64,000 nt of DNA from Promethearchaeota archaeon (GTDB lineage: Archaea; Asgardarchaeota; Lokiarchaeia; Sigyniarchaeales; SOKP01), in the NCBI GenBank assembly GCA_048939015.1, contig JBHLPW010000013.1:20607-84606 (forward strand), read 5' to 3'. The number at the start of each line of letters is the position of its first letter. The stretch's first letter is position 1. The notes below the pieces were generated by a model. The model was given only the letters and a program-made list of their open reading frames with translations, made no database searches and had not been told where the DNA came from. Positions 16,923 through 27,464 of the stretch are shown here, in pieces. A program made the translations under genes and the position numbers.

Positions 16923-19567
16923 ATAAACTTTTGATTAAGGTATTGACATTTTTGATAATAGGCACTATTATAATCCAAATTGCACCACTTCCAACAAATA
17001 ATTATATACAAGCTAAGAGTATAGAGAAAGATAACACCCCGATGAACGAAATTGAGCCACTAGACCTTGGGATTATCCACCTAAATTATAAAGCTGATGG
17101 ATCAATCATGGAGGTAGAAGAAGGTATTAATCAATTAGATTCAGAAACACCCGGTGTTGAATCGGGAGATCATCCATTAGGAATAGATGAAATTCGATTT
17201 ATTCCTAATAATGAATTAGCGTTTGTTTGTCCGGGATTAAGTACAGATTTTTTGAATCTAAATCATGTAGATATCAATCTACTTGAAAATGGAGTTGCTT
17301 CAACCCCTTATCAGGATATGTTGGATGTAAGTTGTAGTTATGACGTTCTAGGAGGACAAGCTGTTGATGCAACAAGTGGAGATGTTGATGGTGATATGAA
17401 AGATGAACTTGTAATAATTGATGAATACGGAAGAGTCCGGATTTATAAATACAATACGACTTTAAAAACGTTTAACATTACTCAATACAATCTAGATATA
17501 GGTGAAGATTCTTATTATTATAGTATTTCTCTGAATCAATTTAATACAGATTCTGGTTTAGAAATCGTAATTGGATGTGGTTGGAGAAGTACAATCCAAA
17601 TCTGGGATCCAGTTAATGCTTTAGGCGATTATTATACCCCAGGTGTACAAACAACTACAAGTGGAAAACCAGGTGGTATTGCTGAGTTCCAAATTACCAC
17701 AGATATTAATCTTTGGGATTATATTATGGATATAGAAACTGGAGATTTTAATGGAAATGGGTTCTGTGATATTGTTACTCTCGATTATAGTGGAAATTTA
17801 GTAGCATTTGAATGTAACTCAGGAGTTATAACCCAATTAGGGAGTAGGGTCGAAATAAGTAATGATGCTCATCAAGGATATCCCATGAATTTCCCAATGG
17901 CTCTTGCTTCCGGAGATTTTAATGGAGATTCTCGGTTAGATATAGCTGTTATGAAGTGTGTTATTAACCCAGGTAGTCCTGAGTATCATTGTGAATTTCA
18001 TTACGTTGAGACTGTTTACTGGAAAGGATTTTCAGCAGGAGGTACTGAATTTGAGAATATAGGTGAAATAGATCTATCAGGTTACAATGTCTTTTACCCT
18101 TCAATTGGAGCGGGTGATATTGATGGTGATGGATTATCTGAAACAGTATTAGTGGGGAAAGGTGGACAAAGTGTTGAAATAGAGTCATGGTGGGTATTGA
18201 TTTTTGATGATTGGGCTATTCCCCAAACATCTCCAATAGTAACCTTTTATGGTGAATCACAATGTCCTTGGGCTGCAAAATCCTTCTCTTTTTCTGATGT
18301 AGATTTGGATGGGATTGATGAAATTTGTTTTTCAAGTGTCGAGAAATATGGACATCTTCAAACTAATTATTATTTAGCACAATTAGAAGGGAGAAATACA
18401 TCTGTAGTTAAAATTAATACAGAAACAAATCCATGGACTGCTACGGTGTTATTTCCAAATGAACTCATAATCGGATATCCAGTTCCAGGAGATTATGATG
18501 GGGATGCGGTTGTAATAGAATATTCTGGTCAACATTTCCCTCGGATAACTCCTCAAATCCCTATTTTTGTGTTGGCAGCACCACCTAATTATTTTGATCT
18601 AAATGGTGAAGGTAGTGGTACTGCTGTATCAAAAGAAGAAACCACTTCAATGGATGTGTCTGAAAGATTTAGTGTTATGGCGGGAATGAGAGTTTCTTTT
18701 GAAACCGGATTTGAATTTTTTGGTACAGGGCTAAAATTTAAAACTAGTTTAGAGGTCAATTATCAATTTTCTCAAACTCAAACTACTACACAAACCGAAA
18801 CGATAGGTGTACGATATTCATCTGGTCATATGGAAAATCAGATCATTTGTGATGCGGTTGACTATGAATCTTATTTATACACGGTAACAAAGCATCCAAA
18901 GTCAGAAATGATAGGAAAAAATATATCAATAGATGTCCCTATAAAAGTATCTATCTATAGTATTACAGAGTCTTTATATAATAGTGCCAATTCTACAAAT
19001 TCCATAGGTTCTGAAACTTATACACATACACCAGGAAAACCTGAAACTTATCCAACTCGAGAAGAAGTAAATGCATTAGAAGGTGTTGTGAAGATTATTG
19101 ACAAAATAGAAGTACCACAGGGGACTGGTACCGCCTGCGGAAGTACATTAAAATATACAAGGGAAAATGCGAAATCTGTTGAAAAGGAACATGCAATGGA
19201 ACTAATTTTCTCAGCGGGTATACAAGCAGGAGGTTTTGGACTTGATGTAAGTGTAGGTTTTGGTGCTGCTTGGGCCAATAAAGTCACTTATGGTGAAAGT
19301 ATGACATACGAGGGTACGGTTGCATGTATCTCCGATGCTAAAGATTGGAGGGACCATAAATTTTCATGGGGTCTCTTTATACAAAATATTGAACCAGATG
19401 AAGGTTTTTCATATCAATTGGTCCACTATTATACTGAAGATGTTCCTAGTGATGGTACTCCTTCCGAAGCAGTTCCAGGTTACAATATAATTTTAGTTAT
19501 TGGAGTATTGATCATTTCACTTATTGTCCTAATATATTTTAAAAAACGAAAAAGTCAGATCTATTAA
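16913..19567 (+). CDS. Secreted, C-terminally anchored FG-GAP/VCBS repeat surface protein with Loki-CTERM-like sorting signal
   Basis: Signal peptide; repeated GDxDGDGxxD/E motifs (GDVDGDMKDE, GDFNGNGFCD, GDFNGDSRLD, GDIDGDGLSE); ends VPGY-TM-KKRK. Confidence 0.85.
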   Translation: MIKNKLLIKVLTFLIIGTIIIQIAPLPTNNYIQAKSIEKDNTPMNEIEPLDLGIIHLNYKADGSIMEVEEGINQLDSETPGVESGDHPLGIDEIRFIPNNELAFVCPGLSTDFLNLNHVDINLLENGVASTPYQDMLDVSCSYDVLGGQAVDATSGDVDGDMKDELVIIDEYGRVRIYKYNTTLKTFNITQYNLDIGEDSYYYSISLNQFNTDSGLEIVIGCGWRSTIQIWDPVNALGDYYTPGVQTTTSGKPGGIAEFQITTDINLWDYIMDIETGDFNGNGFCDIVTLDYSGNLVAFECNSGVITQLGSRVEISNDAHQGYPMNFPMALASGDFNGDSRLDIAVMKCVINPGSPEYHCEFHYVETVYWKGFSAGGTEFENIGEIDLSGYNVFYPSIGAGDIDGDGLSETVLVGKGGQSVEIESWWVLIFDDWAIPQTSPIVTFYGESQCPWAAKSFSFSDVDLDGIDEICFSSVEKYGHLQTNYYLAQLEGRNTSVVKINTETNPWTATVLFPNELIIGYPVPGDYDGDAVVIEYSGQHFPRITPQIPIFVLAAPPNYFDLNGEGSGTAVSKEETTSMDVSERFSVMAGMRVSFETGFEFFGTGLKFKTSLEVNYQFSQTQTTTQTETIGVRYSSGHMENQIICDAVDYESYLYTVTKHPKSEMIGKNISIDVPIKVSIYSITESLYNSANSTNSIGSETYTHTPGKPETYPTREEVNALEGVVKIIDKIEVPQGTGTACGSTLKYTRENAKSVEKEHAMELIFSAGIQAGGFGLDVSVGFGAAWANKVTYGESMTYEGTVACISDAKDWRDHKFSWGLFIQNIEPDEGFSYQLVHYYTEDVPSDGTPSEAVPGYNIILVIGVLIISLIVLIYFKKRKSQIY

Positions 19568-19610
19568 CCTCTAAGTCTTAATTTCTTTTTTTTTTCCTTC
19601 TTATATTGTT

Positions 19611-19715
19611 GGATTTTTTTTAACTTACACTTCCTTAGAAGAAAAGACAGCACCAGGACAACTTAATATCGGAAAAATGAGAGAAATATATGATTTGTTT
19701 CTCAATAACCTTTAG
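19611..19715 (+). pseudogene. Displaced duplicate of the aroD 3' end
   Basis: GFFLTYTSLEEKTAPGQLNIGKMREIYDLFLNNL* vs aroD 16398-16490 GSFLTYTSLEEQTAPGQINIRKLREIYNLL*. Confidence 0.9.
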
Positions 19716-19874
19716 AAGTTTCTATTTTTAAAATTTTACTTCATTTTTATCTTCAAAATATGGAAAAAGGCAAATTATTCAAGAAATTATTTTAATGTTG
19801 TCGCTTCTTGATTTTATATAAAAAGCTAATAATTTTTTTTAATTCAGTTTGTTTATAACTATGTAAAGAGGAAT

Positions 19875-21044
19875 ATGAAGTTTTCTCATATTGTGTTCAA
19901 GATTATATGGTTTACTTCAATTTTATTATTAATTTTTGAATTGATAATCGGAGCAATTTCGCTAAGTTTTATAATATTTAAAATAGAAAATGCTTTAATT
20001 TTTCGGTTAAATCCTATCATAATTCCAATAATCTGCATTTTATTTTTATTTCTTATTTTTTTCTATCCAACTTTCTATAAAAATAGAAAAAATCCAAATT
20101 TTACATTTATCTCTAAACACGAGACGATTAGAGGTACCAATTTTTACTCTCAAATTGGTATAGATTTGCTTTTTGGAAATCTCTTTTTTTTTTTGATTTT
20201 TCTCTTCCTAACTCCTTTAATATTTTATGGTATTTTAGATTTAGATCTAGAAGTCGTAAGATTTGGTGGTTATGCGTCAATGATTATTTTTTTTGATCTA
20301 ATAATAATTAGCATTAAGTATTACAAATTATACTTGAAATTTTTTAGTTCCTTTGTGCTATTTAGTTCGGTATTCGCCATTATAATAGCTCCAATGTTGA
20401 TATTTGTTGGAATTCCATTCGTTATTTTCTATTTTTATGATACCTCTTGGTATTTTGCTGACCCTACAATCTTATTAAACGATCTCATATCTTCACATGC
20501 TACAAATTTAAGAGATATATGGTTGAATGCATATCTAGAAAGCTCATTTATTTACTCTGAAGCATTTTTAATAATTAAAATGATTATATTTCTTGCTGGA
20601 TTAATTTTTTTTACAGTTTCAATAACTCAATTAATTTATTGGCTTAAAAAGGAAAAAAATCTAGTTCAAAAAGGTATTTATAAATATATTCGGCATCCTC
20701 AAAATATGGCAATAATAATTATGGCTTTTCCGTTTTTTATTTGGTATAGTGTCAGAATAGGAGACATTGTAACTTGGGTACAATTCGTCTTTCTTATGAT
20801 TCTTTACTCTGATTTTGGGGATCTTAAATTAAACCAGAAATATCCTGATGAATTTCAGAATTATTACTTGAATACAGGATTTTTCCTTCCAAAAGCTATT
20901 TCAATAAAGTCTATAGAGCCTCTCTCTATCTTTAAAAATAAAAAATTACGGTATATTATTCTTGTTCTCATTTATGTTTTAACAATTATAATTTTGTATG
21001 TTTTTTACCGAATTCTTCCATTCCATGTCTCTATTAGTTTTTAA
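19875..21044 (+). CDS. Multi-pass membrane protein with ICMT/PEMT-like methyltransferase domain
   Basis: LVQKGIYKYIRHPQN motif; KYPDEFQNY..TGFFLP tail. Confidence 0.75.
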   Translation: MKFSHIVFKIIWFTSILLLIFELIIGAISLSFIIFKIENALIFRLNPIIIPIICILFLFLIFFYPTFYKNRKNPNFTFISKHETIRGTNFYSQIGIDLLFGNLFFFLIFLFLTPLIFYGILDLDLEVVRFGGYASMIIFFDLIIISIKYYKLYLKFFSSFVLFSSVFAIIIAPMLIFVGIPFVIFYFYDTSWYFADPTILLNDLISSHATNLRDIWLNAYLESSFIYSEAFLIIKMIIFLAGLIFFTVSITQLIYWLKKEKNLVQKGIYKYIRHPQNMAIIIMAFPFFIWYSVRIGDIVTWVQFVFLMILYSDFGDLKLNQKYPDEFQNYYLNTGFFLPKAISIKSIEPLSIFKNKKLRYIILVLIYVLTIIILYVFYRILPFHVSISF

Positions 21045-21113
21045 GAACAAAATTATAAAGATTAAAAAAAGGAAATAATTACTCCTCCATTTTTTGAAGA
21101 AATGTTATCACTC

Positions 21114-22229
21114 CTATTTATTTTCTAAAAGCTCCATACAATTTAAGTCATCTATAGTGGCGAAGGAATTTTTCAAAGCAAACCACGTATCAAGCCGATC
21201 ACGCTCCCAATAGTTAACTACCTTGTAAAGGTTCAAAAATGCTAATAACCGATAATCATACCAAAATTCATCCCAACTATAATTTTTTACACCGAGATCT
21301 ATAAGATTATTATGATATCGCTTGATAAGATCTTTTTCTAGTGCATGTCTGGCTTCAGGAGGCCACATAAATCCCATCATTAAAGTTAAATCTTGACCTC
21401 CTACGCCTATACTCCAAAAATCCCAATCACTTAATATCGCTTTAAAATTTTTATTTTCAATATCTTTAGGGTAAAAATAATTCCATTGGTGAGCATCACC
21501 ATTTAAAACTGTGATATTTCCTTGTTTCATTCGTTCAGAAGCAACTTCTGGAAATATCGAGAACACAGTCTCAAATAGCTCTTTTTGTTTATCACTTATT
21601 TGATCTCCAGAGAGTTTTAACATTCGATTTAAGGTTCGGTGTTCATTTTTAAACCAACTACTAATTTCTTTTTCATTAAAAGAATTTTCTTTAAAAGTAT
21701 ATAATATAAAGGAATATTTAGAGAGTTGCTTAAGTTTAGGATGATCCCACCAAAACGCATGGAATTCTGCCAAAGAATCAATTGCCATTTTAATCCAATG
21801 TATTCTTTGTGCACGAGGATATTCATCCAGCCATGTAGTATGTGTATCAGATAAATTTTTAAGTATAATATGAGATAAACCAGTTTCTTTAGAATATGCA
21901 GCATCATAGCAAATCGGAATTGGTATTTCCTTCATCAATTTAGCTACTATGTTATAAAATTTAACCTCATGCTTCCCTACAAAATAATTAGGTAGGTAGG
22001 TAAGTTTGGGGATTTTTACAACTATTTCAAGAGAACTTGATTCCATTTGAGCATCAGCAGAAAAGCATATCTCTAAAAAGTGTACAAAAGAACTGTTGGT
22101 TTCTTGCGATTTTTTCTTATTTACTTTTGTTACTTGTCCTTGGCTAAGGTAACCTTTATTTTTAAAAATTATCGTTAACCATTCAGGAGTTAACTGCTCT
22201 ATATTAGTAATAACATTATTAAGTTTCAT
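21114..22229 (-). CDS. APH / ecdysteroid-kinase-like phosphotransferase
   Basis: VVKIP, EVKFY, LAEFHAFWW, GDAHQWN, DWD kinase-fold motifs. Confidence 0.85.
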   Translation of the reverse strand: MKLNNVITNIEQLTPEWLTIIFKNKGYLSQGQVTKVNKKKSQETNSSFVHFLEICFSADAQMESSSLEIVVKIPKLTYLPNYFVGKHEVKFYNIVAKLMKEIPIPICYDAAYSKETGLSHIILKNLSDTHTTWLDEYPRAQRIHWIKMAIDSLAEFHAFWWDHPKLKQLSKYSFILYTFKENSFNEKEISSWFKNEHRTLNRMLKLSGDQISDKQKELFETVFSIFPEVASERMKQGNITVLNGDAHQWNYFYPKDIENKNFKAILSDWDFWSIGVGGQDLTLMMGFMWPPEARHALEKDLIKRYHNNLIDLGVKNYSWDEFWYDYRLLAFLNLYKVVNYWERDRLDTWFALKNSFATIDDLNCMELLENK

Positions 22230-22251
22230 CTGGTAATATAACCATAATTTT

Positions 22252-22497
22252 TTAAGACACTTTTTCCTTATGTAGAGTTGCTACCACTAAACATAATAGT
22301 CCAATTATCATTAGAATAATACCAATATACCAAAAAACAAAAACAGGTACAAGAAGCATCCCAGTCATACCAGAAAACTCCCAAGCCCAAACATTTACGT
22401 CTGGCGCAGACATGGATACTATAATAGACAGAAAGATTGAAAAGATTATCAAACCTACAATTAAGAGTATCAAACCTGCTTTTCGTTTTTTTTCCAC
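22252..22497 (-). CDS. Small two-TM membrane protein
   Basis: 81-aa ORF, two hydrophobic helices, GGAGGA SD upstream. Confidence 0.6.
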   Translation of the reverse strand: MEKKRKAGLILLIVGLIIFSIFLSIIVSMSAPDVNVWAWEFSGMTGMLLVPVFVFWYIGIILMIIGLLCLVVATLHKEKVS

Positions 22498-22624
22498 ATT
22501 TCATCCTCCTTATTCTGTTATGATTTTACACTTCTATCCTTCAAATCCGAAAATTTATTTTGATTTTTACTTCGTTTACAAATGTGTGGATTTCACATTT
22601 TTGTTGTTAATAAGTTATGATTGT

Positions 22625-23263
22625 TTAAAAAACTAAGGATACTATGAAGATAATCATGAAAATAACAGCAAAAATTATCATGAGGCAACATTCACATTGA
22701 TCACATATACTCTCTTGTCTCTCTTGTCTCTCTCTTCTTTTTCGTATTAATTCTGACCTAATTTTTTTTTCTTCAACAGATTTTTTAACTACAACCTTAA
22801 TTTCTTCATTCGACATTTGAGTATATTGTACTAGTTTTCGTGAAGTTGACCTTTCTGGCATATGTTGTACTTTACTATATAATGGATTTCCACTAAGAAA
22901 AAACCATTTCAAATTATCTATATTCTTTAAACTTTCAACTTGGGAGATCTTATTGTTAGAAAGGTTTAAATCTGTTAAATTTACAAGATTATCAAAACCT
23001 TTAATCACCTCAATTTGATTATGTGAAAGGTCTAATGATTGTAAATTCGTAAGATTTTCAAGGTTTTTTATTTCCTTAATTTGATTGTGTGAAAGGTTTA
23101 ATGATTGTAAATTCGTAAGATTTTCAAGATTTTCAATCTCGGAAATATCATTTATCTTCTTTAAAGATAAATCAAGCGTTAAAAGTCTACCTTTTCTTTT
23201 CAGTTTATATGTTTTGCTTTTGTAAACTACAGAATTTACTTCTCTTTCCATTTTAGATTTCAC
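22625..23263 (-). CDS. Leucine-rich repeat protein with C-terminal tail anchor
   Basis: SDS22-like LRRs (LENLTNLQSLNLSHNQI, near-exact 66-bp tandem duplication), charged helix, CDQCECC, terminal TM. Confidence 0.85.
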   Translation of the reverse strand: MKSKMEREVNSVVYKSKTYKLKRKGRLLTLDLSLKKINDISEIENLENLTNLQSLNLSHNQIKEIKNLENLTNLQSLDLSHNQIEVIKGFDNLVNLTDLNLSNNKISQVESLKNIDNLKWFFLSGNPLYSKVQHMPERSTSRKLVQYTQMSNEEIKVVVKKSVEEKKIRSELIRKRRERQERQESICDQCECCLMIIFAVIFMIIFIVSLVF

Positions 23264-23528
23264 TTATAAGTAGTAATATCATCATATATACTTTTTTGTA
23301 TAATAATTAAATCATCTATTTTTTATATATAAACATATCATCCTAAAATGGTGCTAAAAGAGAAGAAATTAGTGGTAATACATTAAAAATGGGGGTAAAA
23401 TAATTGTTTTAACAATATAAGAAACATAGTTTTCTCCTATAATCTATTTGTAATTAAACATTAAATTCATTATCCTTCAAAAATTTGAACTATGAAGATT
23501 AAAAAAAGTGTGAGGTTTACTATATTAT

Positions 23529-24734
23529 ATGGTAGTCTATTTTGGCTTTTTATTTCATATTTATCAACCTCCTGTTCAAATCCCCGCAGTCGTCAAACAA
23601 ATTGTAAATGAATCATATAGACCGATAATTGAAGCTCTGAGAGATCATCCAGAAGCTAAAATTACGTTAAATATTAATGCGACTCTAACTGAACAATTAC
23701 ACGACTTCCAACATGATGATTTAATAGGCGCAATTACAACATTAGCGTCAAGAGGACAAATAGAATTTACAGGTTCGGGTAAGTTTCATCCTTTGCTTCC
23801 CTTAATCCCTGAACCGGAAATTATGCGCCAAATTGAATTAAATAATGAGACTAACAGACATTTTTTTGGTAAGCTATTTAATCCACGCGGATTTTTTCCA
23901 CCAGAAATGGCGGTTTCTGAAGAAGTGTTTAAAACTGTTAAAAAAGCTGGGTTTGATTGGATGATCATGAGTGGAATTGCCAATACTTTACCAGAATTTC
24001 CTACAAACCATATATCAGTACATCCAAATGGCTTAAAGGTATTGTTTAGAGATGATTATACCTCAATTGATTGTGCCTTTGATAAAATTAATAATGTAGA
24101 TGCTTTTGTTTCTCGTTTATATTATAGACACACTTCCGAAGATTATTACGTGATACTTGCCATGGATGGAGAAACTTTTGGTCATCATGTGAAACACGCG
24201 ATAAAGGATTTTCTTATCCCTCTGTTTCAAGTTCTTCCCCACAGAGATGATGTGAAAATCTGCACCATTTCAGAAATCGTAGATAAGTTTCCAAAAGGTT
24301 TCACTCAAATTCCACGTGATTCTAGTTGGTCTACAATGCCCTATGATATCGCTCATGATGTCCCATTCCCTTTATGGTTCGACCCTCAAAATGAAATTCA
24401 TATCGAACAACATAAATTTTTCATGTACGCGCTTACATTAATCCATTTAGCAGCAAAATATCGGGATGGGATGAACGATGATAAAAAAAGAATTTTTGAT
24501 AATGCCAGAAACTTGTTGGATCGTGGAATTCATAGCTGTCAGCAATGGTGGGCTTCTAAACGCCCTTGGTACAGCCCTGATATGATTTTAAGGGGTTTAA
24601 ATGAAGTTTTAATGGCGAGTGTAAATGCAAAGCGCAGTATCCCTGAAGATAATCCCGATATTAAAGATGCTATGGAACTTATTATGGGAGATATGTTAAA
24701 AGCCCAAAATAAAATTGTTCTATCTTTAATGTAA
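23529..24734 (+). CDS. Glycoside hydrolase family 57
   Basis: HIYQP, ESY, HPLLPL, FPPEMA nucleophile, DGETFGHH, SSW. Confidence 0.92.
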   Translation: MVVYFGFLFHIYQPPVQIPAVVKQIVNESYRPIIEALRDHPEAKITLNINATLTEQLHDFQHDDLIGAITTLASRGQIEFTGSGKFHPLLPLIPEPEIMRQIELNNETNRHFFGKLFNPRGFFPPEMAVSEEVFKTVKKAGFDWMIMSGIANTLPEFPTNHISVHPNGLKVLFRDDYTSIDCAFDKINNVDAFVSRLYYRHTSEDYYVILAMDGETFGHHVKHAIKDFLIPLFQVLPHRDDVKICTISEIVDKFPKGFTQIPRDSSWSTMPYDIAHDVPFPLWFDPQNEIHIEQHKFFMYALTLIHLAAKYRDGMNDDKKRIFDNARNLLDRGIHSCQQWWASKRPWYSPDMILRGLNEVLMASVNAKRSIPEDNPDIKDAMELIMGDMLKAQNKIVLSLM

Positions 24735-24791
24735 GAATAAAAAAGAAAAAAAGCATTATTTAGCTAGTACGATTGGGAGACACTGCTAATA

Positions 24792-25139
24792 TTATACATT
24801 TGCAGTTTCAAGAGGTGATTTTTTGAGATTTCCCTCTATCAAATCAAAAATAGCATTCCAAAGGAGTTTTTTAGACTTTTTACCACTCTTTTCATACTCA
24901 ATTTTCAAAATTTTTCCTTCAGATGGATCATCAATAATATGAAAGGTTCCAATAAAATCTTTGCCTGATTTTATTTCAGTTATATTGGATGCAATATTAT
25001 TAATTATCGTCTCTTTTCCAAGAAATTTAAATAAGAATTGACCTCGTAGGCTTTCTAGAAATGCTTCAACTGCGCTGTTAATAACAGTATTAACTAAATT
25101 ATCAGTCCAATCAGGATGACATTTTATAATTTTTGGCAT
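24792..25139 (-). CDS. Hypothetical protein, stand-alone paralogue of the C-terminal domain of 25199-27370
   Basis: IKCHPDW...GTFHIIDD...LKIEYE vs ICHPKW...ATFHIIEE...LQIEWE. Confidence 0.7.
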   Translation of the reverse strand: MPKIIKCHPDWTDNLVNTVINSAVEAFLESLRGQFLFKFLGKETIINNIASNITEIKSGKDFIGTFHIIDDPSEGKILKIEYEKSGKKSKKLLWNAIFDLIEGNLKKSPLETANV

Positions 25140-25198
25140 AGTATTATATGTGTTATTTTATCTTTTATAAAGGTTTAGATTAATAGAAAATCATCGTA

Positions 25199-27370
25199 TT
25201 ATTTTTTCAAGGATTTTATACCTGGTTTTTTAAACAGATCTGTCAATTGGTTAGTAATTCCTTCCCATACTTGTCTTGTCACCGGACTCCTTTCTTCCCA
25301 TTCAATCTGGAGGGTCATTTTCTTCTTACTTTCTTCAATAATATGAAAAGTGGCTTTAAAATTATCACCAGAGGAGATTTCTAACAGGTTTGGTTGCAAT
25401 TCATTACAATTTGTTACAACTCTTTGCCAATTGAGTGAATCTCTAAAAGCGTCAAAAAAAGGTTTTATAAATCCTTTTAAAAAATTCTTAATGTCGTTTG
25501 AATTCCATTTTGGATGGCAAATGATATCTTGTTTTATTTTTCTTATTCCTTGAGTATCTCCATCTTTGACTACCATACCTATAGTTTCCGCCGTTTTACT
25601 TTTAGCTGCTTTAATTAAATCAAGGATGGAGTTTTTTGTTTCTTTCTCTCCAATTATTTCAGCAATCTCACTTGCTTCTTCATATAAATCAACTGCTTTT
25701 TGAAAATTTCCTTGATATTCATTTATCCTTGCTAAATTTGCTAAGCATGCGATTTTTAAACTCGGATTTCCCAACTGTTCAGAGATTTTTAATGCTTCTT
25801 CCATACTTTTCTTAGCTTCCGTATAATTTCTAGATGCTGCATAGATGTTCCCTATATTATTTAGAATAATCCCTTTTGGCTTAAGTAGTCCTAATTTTTC
25901 GGTGATTTTTAATCCTTCAAAATAATGCTTTAAAGCCTCAGAATATTGCTCTTGATTACTGTATAAATCACCAAGATTATTATAATGAGAAATTTGTTTC
26001 TTTAGATCTCCTAATCTTTTATCGATGTTAATTGATTCTTTATACCTTATAATAGCTGCAGGATAATCTTTAATTGCTGTATAAGCTAATGCCATATTAT
26101 TAAAGATGGTAGATTTTAGAGATAAATTACTGGAAATTGTAGGAAGCTCAAAAGCGTCCTCTAATTTTTTTAAGGCTTCTGAATATTTTCCTTGATTTAT
26201 TAAAACTTCTGCAATATCATTGAGTGCAATTGCTTTCCATATATTATACTTTTCTTCATTAGCAATTTGTAGAATTTTTTCACTACTCGTTATTACATTT
26301 GAATATAGATCCAATGTACGGTAGATTCTATTAGGAATATAAAGTTGAGTTAACTCAATGACATCTTGATAAATTTTATAGAGATATTCTTTGATATCCA
26401 AAGAAAAATTTTCATTTCTTATATTAGGTTTCATTTCTAATAATGCTTCTACCATTTCATCTGTGTTTATATTTGTCAGGTATATTTGATTTATATTCTT
26501 CATTTGCCATATTTCAAAAAGAATCTGAGCAACTTTCCTTAAATTCATTTCCAATTTGTCTAAAGATTGAAATGTGTTATCATTAATCTCATATATCTGT
26601 TCTTTTCCCATTTCTATGTTAGGAGTATAATTTATCCATATAATATTCTGTACATTTTTCAATATTTTTAAGGTAGGTACAATATCAAAATCATCACTTC
26701 CAGAATAACCCATTACTATTAAAGAGCGATCTTTTGTGATATTTTCAAATAAAGGGCGTTTAAATGGTTCAAGTTGAAATACATTTTCTCCCTGTTTGTT
26801 TGATCCAAATGCTTGAATCGTGGCAACTAGAGATTCTCTAGTATTTTCTTGAGTTGCAAAATTTTTAGTAGATCCATGTATTTTATACAATGATTTTTTT
26901 CCTTGATTTAACTGCTCATATGGATCTGCAAATTTTTCAAAATCCTCTTTTGTTATTACTGGAACAATCTCCTCAAGAGGTACTCCTGACTGATTTAAAG
27001 CATATTCAATTAAATAATCGAAATTAGTAGTAACAACAAAATTTCCACGTTTTATCATCTCTGATAAGAAAAAATGTTGGATATTTGGCTTATCACATTG
27101 ATCATAGTAATCGATAAGCTTGAGATCTTCATCTAATTGATCTCGAATAATCTCAACTAGAGCTTCAAATCTTAATTTTCCTAATTTCATTAACTCTATT
27201 ATATTATTTATCTCAGATTGAGCACATGTATGATTAATAAGTGCTTTCATCATTGCATATCCTGCTGGAAGACATGAAGGAGCACTGACGGAACAACCTG
27301 CTCCTACTAAAAAAGTACATTTTTGATCGATATTTAACAAATCGTTTATCTTAAGGTTAGTAAGTTTCAT
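25199..27370 (-). CDS. SIR2-like (SIR2_2) domain + TPR repeats + C-terminal unknown domain
   Basis: LVGAGCS, TTNFD, KIHGS, MGYSGSDDFD; TPRs of the NNLGxxY..G.Y.EA type. Confidence 0.88.
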   Translation of the reverse strand: MKLTNLKINDLLNIDQKCTFLVGAGCSVSAPSCLPAGYAMMKALINHTCAQSEINNIIELMKLGKLRFEALVEIIRDQLDEDLKLIDYYDQCDKPNIQHFFLSEMIKRGNFVVTTNFDYLIEYALNQSGVPLEEIVPVITKEDFEKFADPYEQLNQGKKSLYKIHGSTKNFATQENTRESLVATIQAFGSNKQGENVFQLEPFKRPLFENITKDRSLIVMGYSGSDDFDIVPTLKILKNVQNIIWINYTPNIEMGKEQIYEINDNTFQSLDKLEMNLRKVAQILFEIWQMKNINQIYLTNINTDEMVEALLEMKPNIRNENFSLDIKEYLYKIYQDVIELTQLYIPNRIYRTLDLYSNVITSSEKILQIANEEKYNIWKAIALNDIAEVLINQGKYSEALKKLEDAFELPTISSNLSLKSTIFNNMALAYTAIKDYPAAIIRYKESINIDKRLGDLKKQISHYNNLGDLYSNQEQYSEALKHYFEGLKITEKLGLLKPKGIILNNIGNIYAASRNYTEAKKSMEEALKISEQLGNPSLKIACLANLARINEYQGNFQKAVDLYEEASEIAEIIGEKETKNSILDLIKAAKSKTAETIGMVVKDGDTQGIRKIKQDIICHPKWNSNDIKNFLKGFIKPFFDAFRDSLNWQRVVTNCNELQPNLLEISSGDNFKATFHIIEESKKKMTLQIEWEERSPVTRQVWEGITNQLTDLFKKPGIKSLKK

Positions 27371-27464
27371 AAGATTTCTCTATTAAAATATAAAATTTAG
27401 GAGTAATAAGTAAGAGCATTATTTATTTATTATGTTTCTCCTTAAATGTAAAAAAGACAAAACT

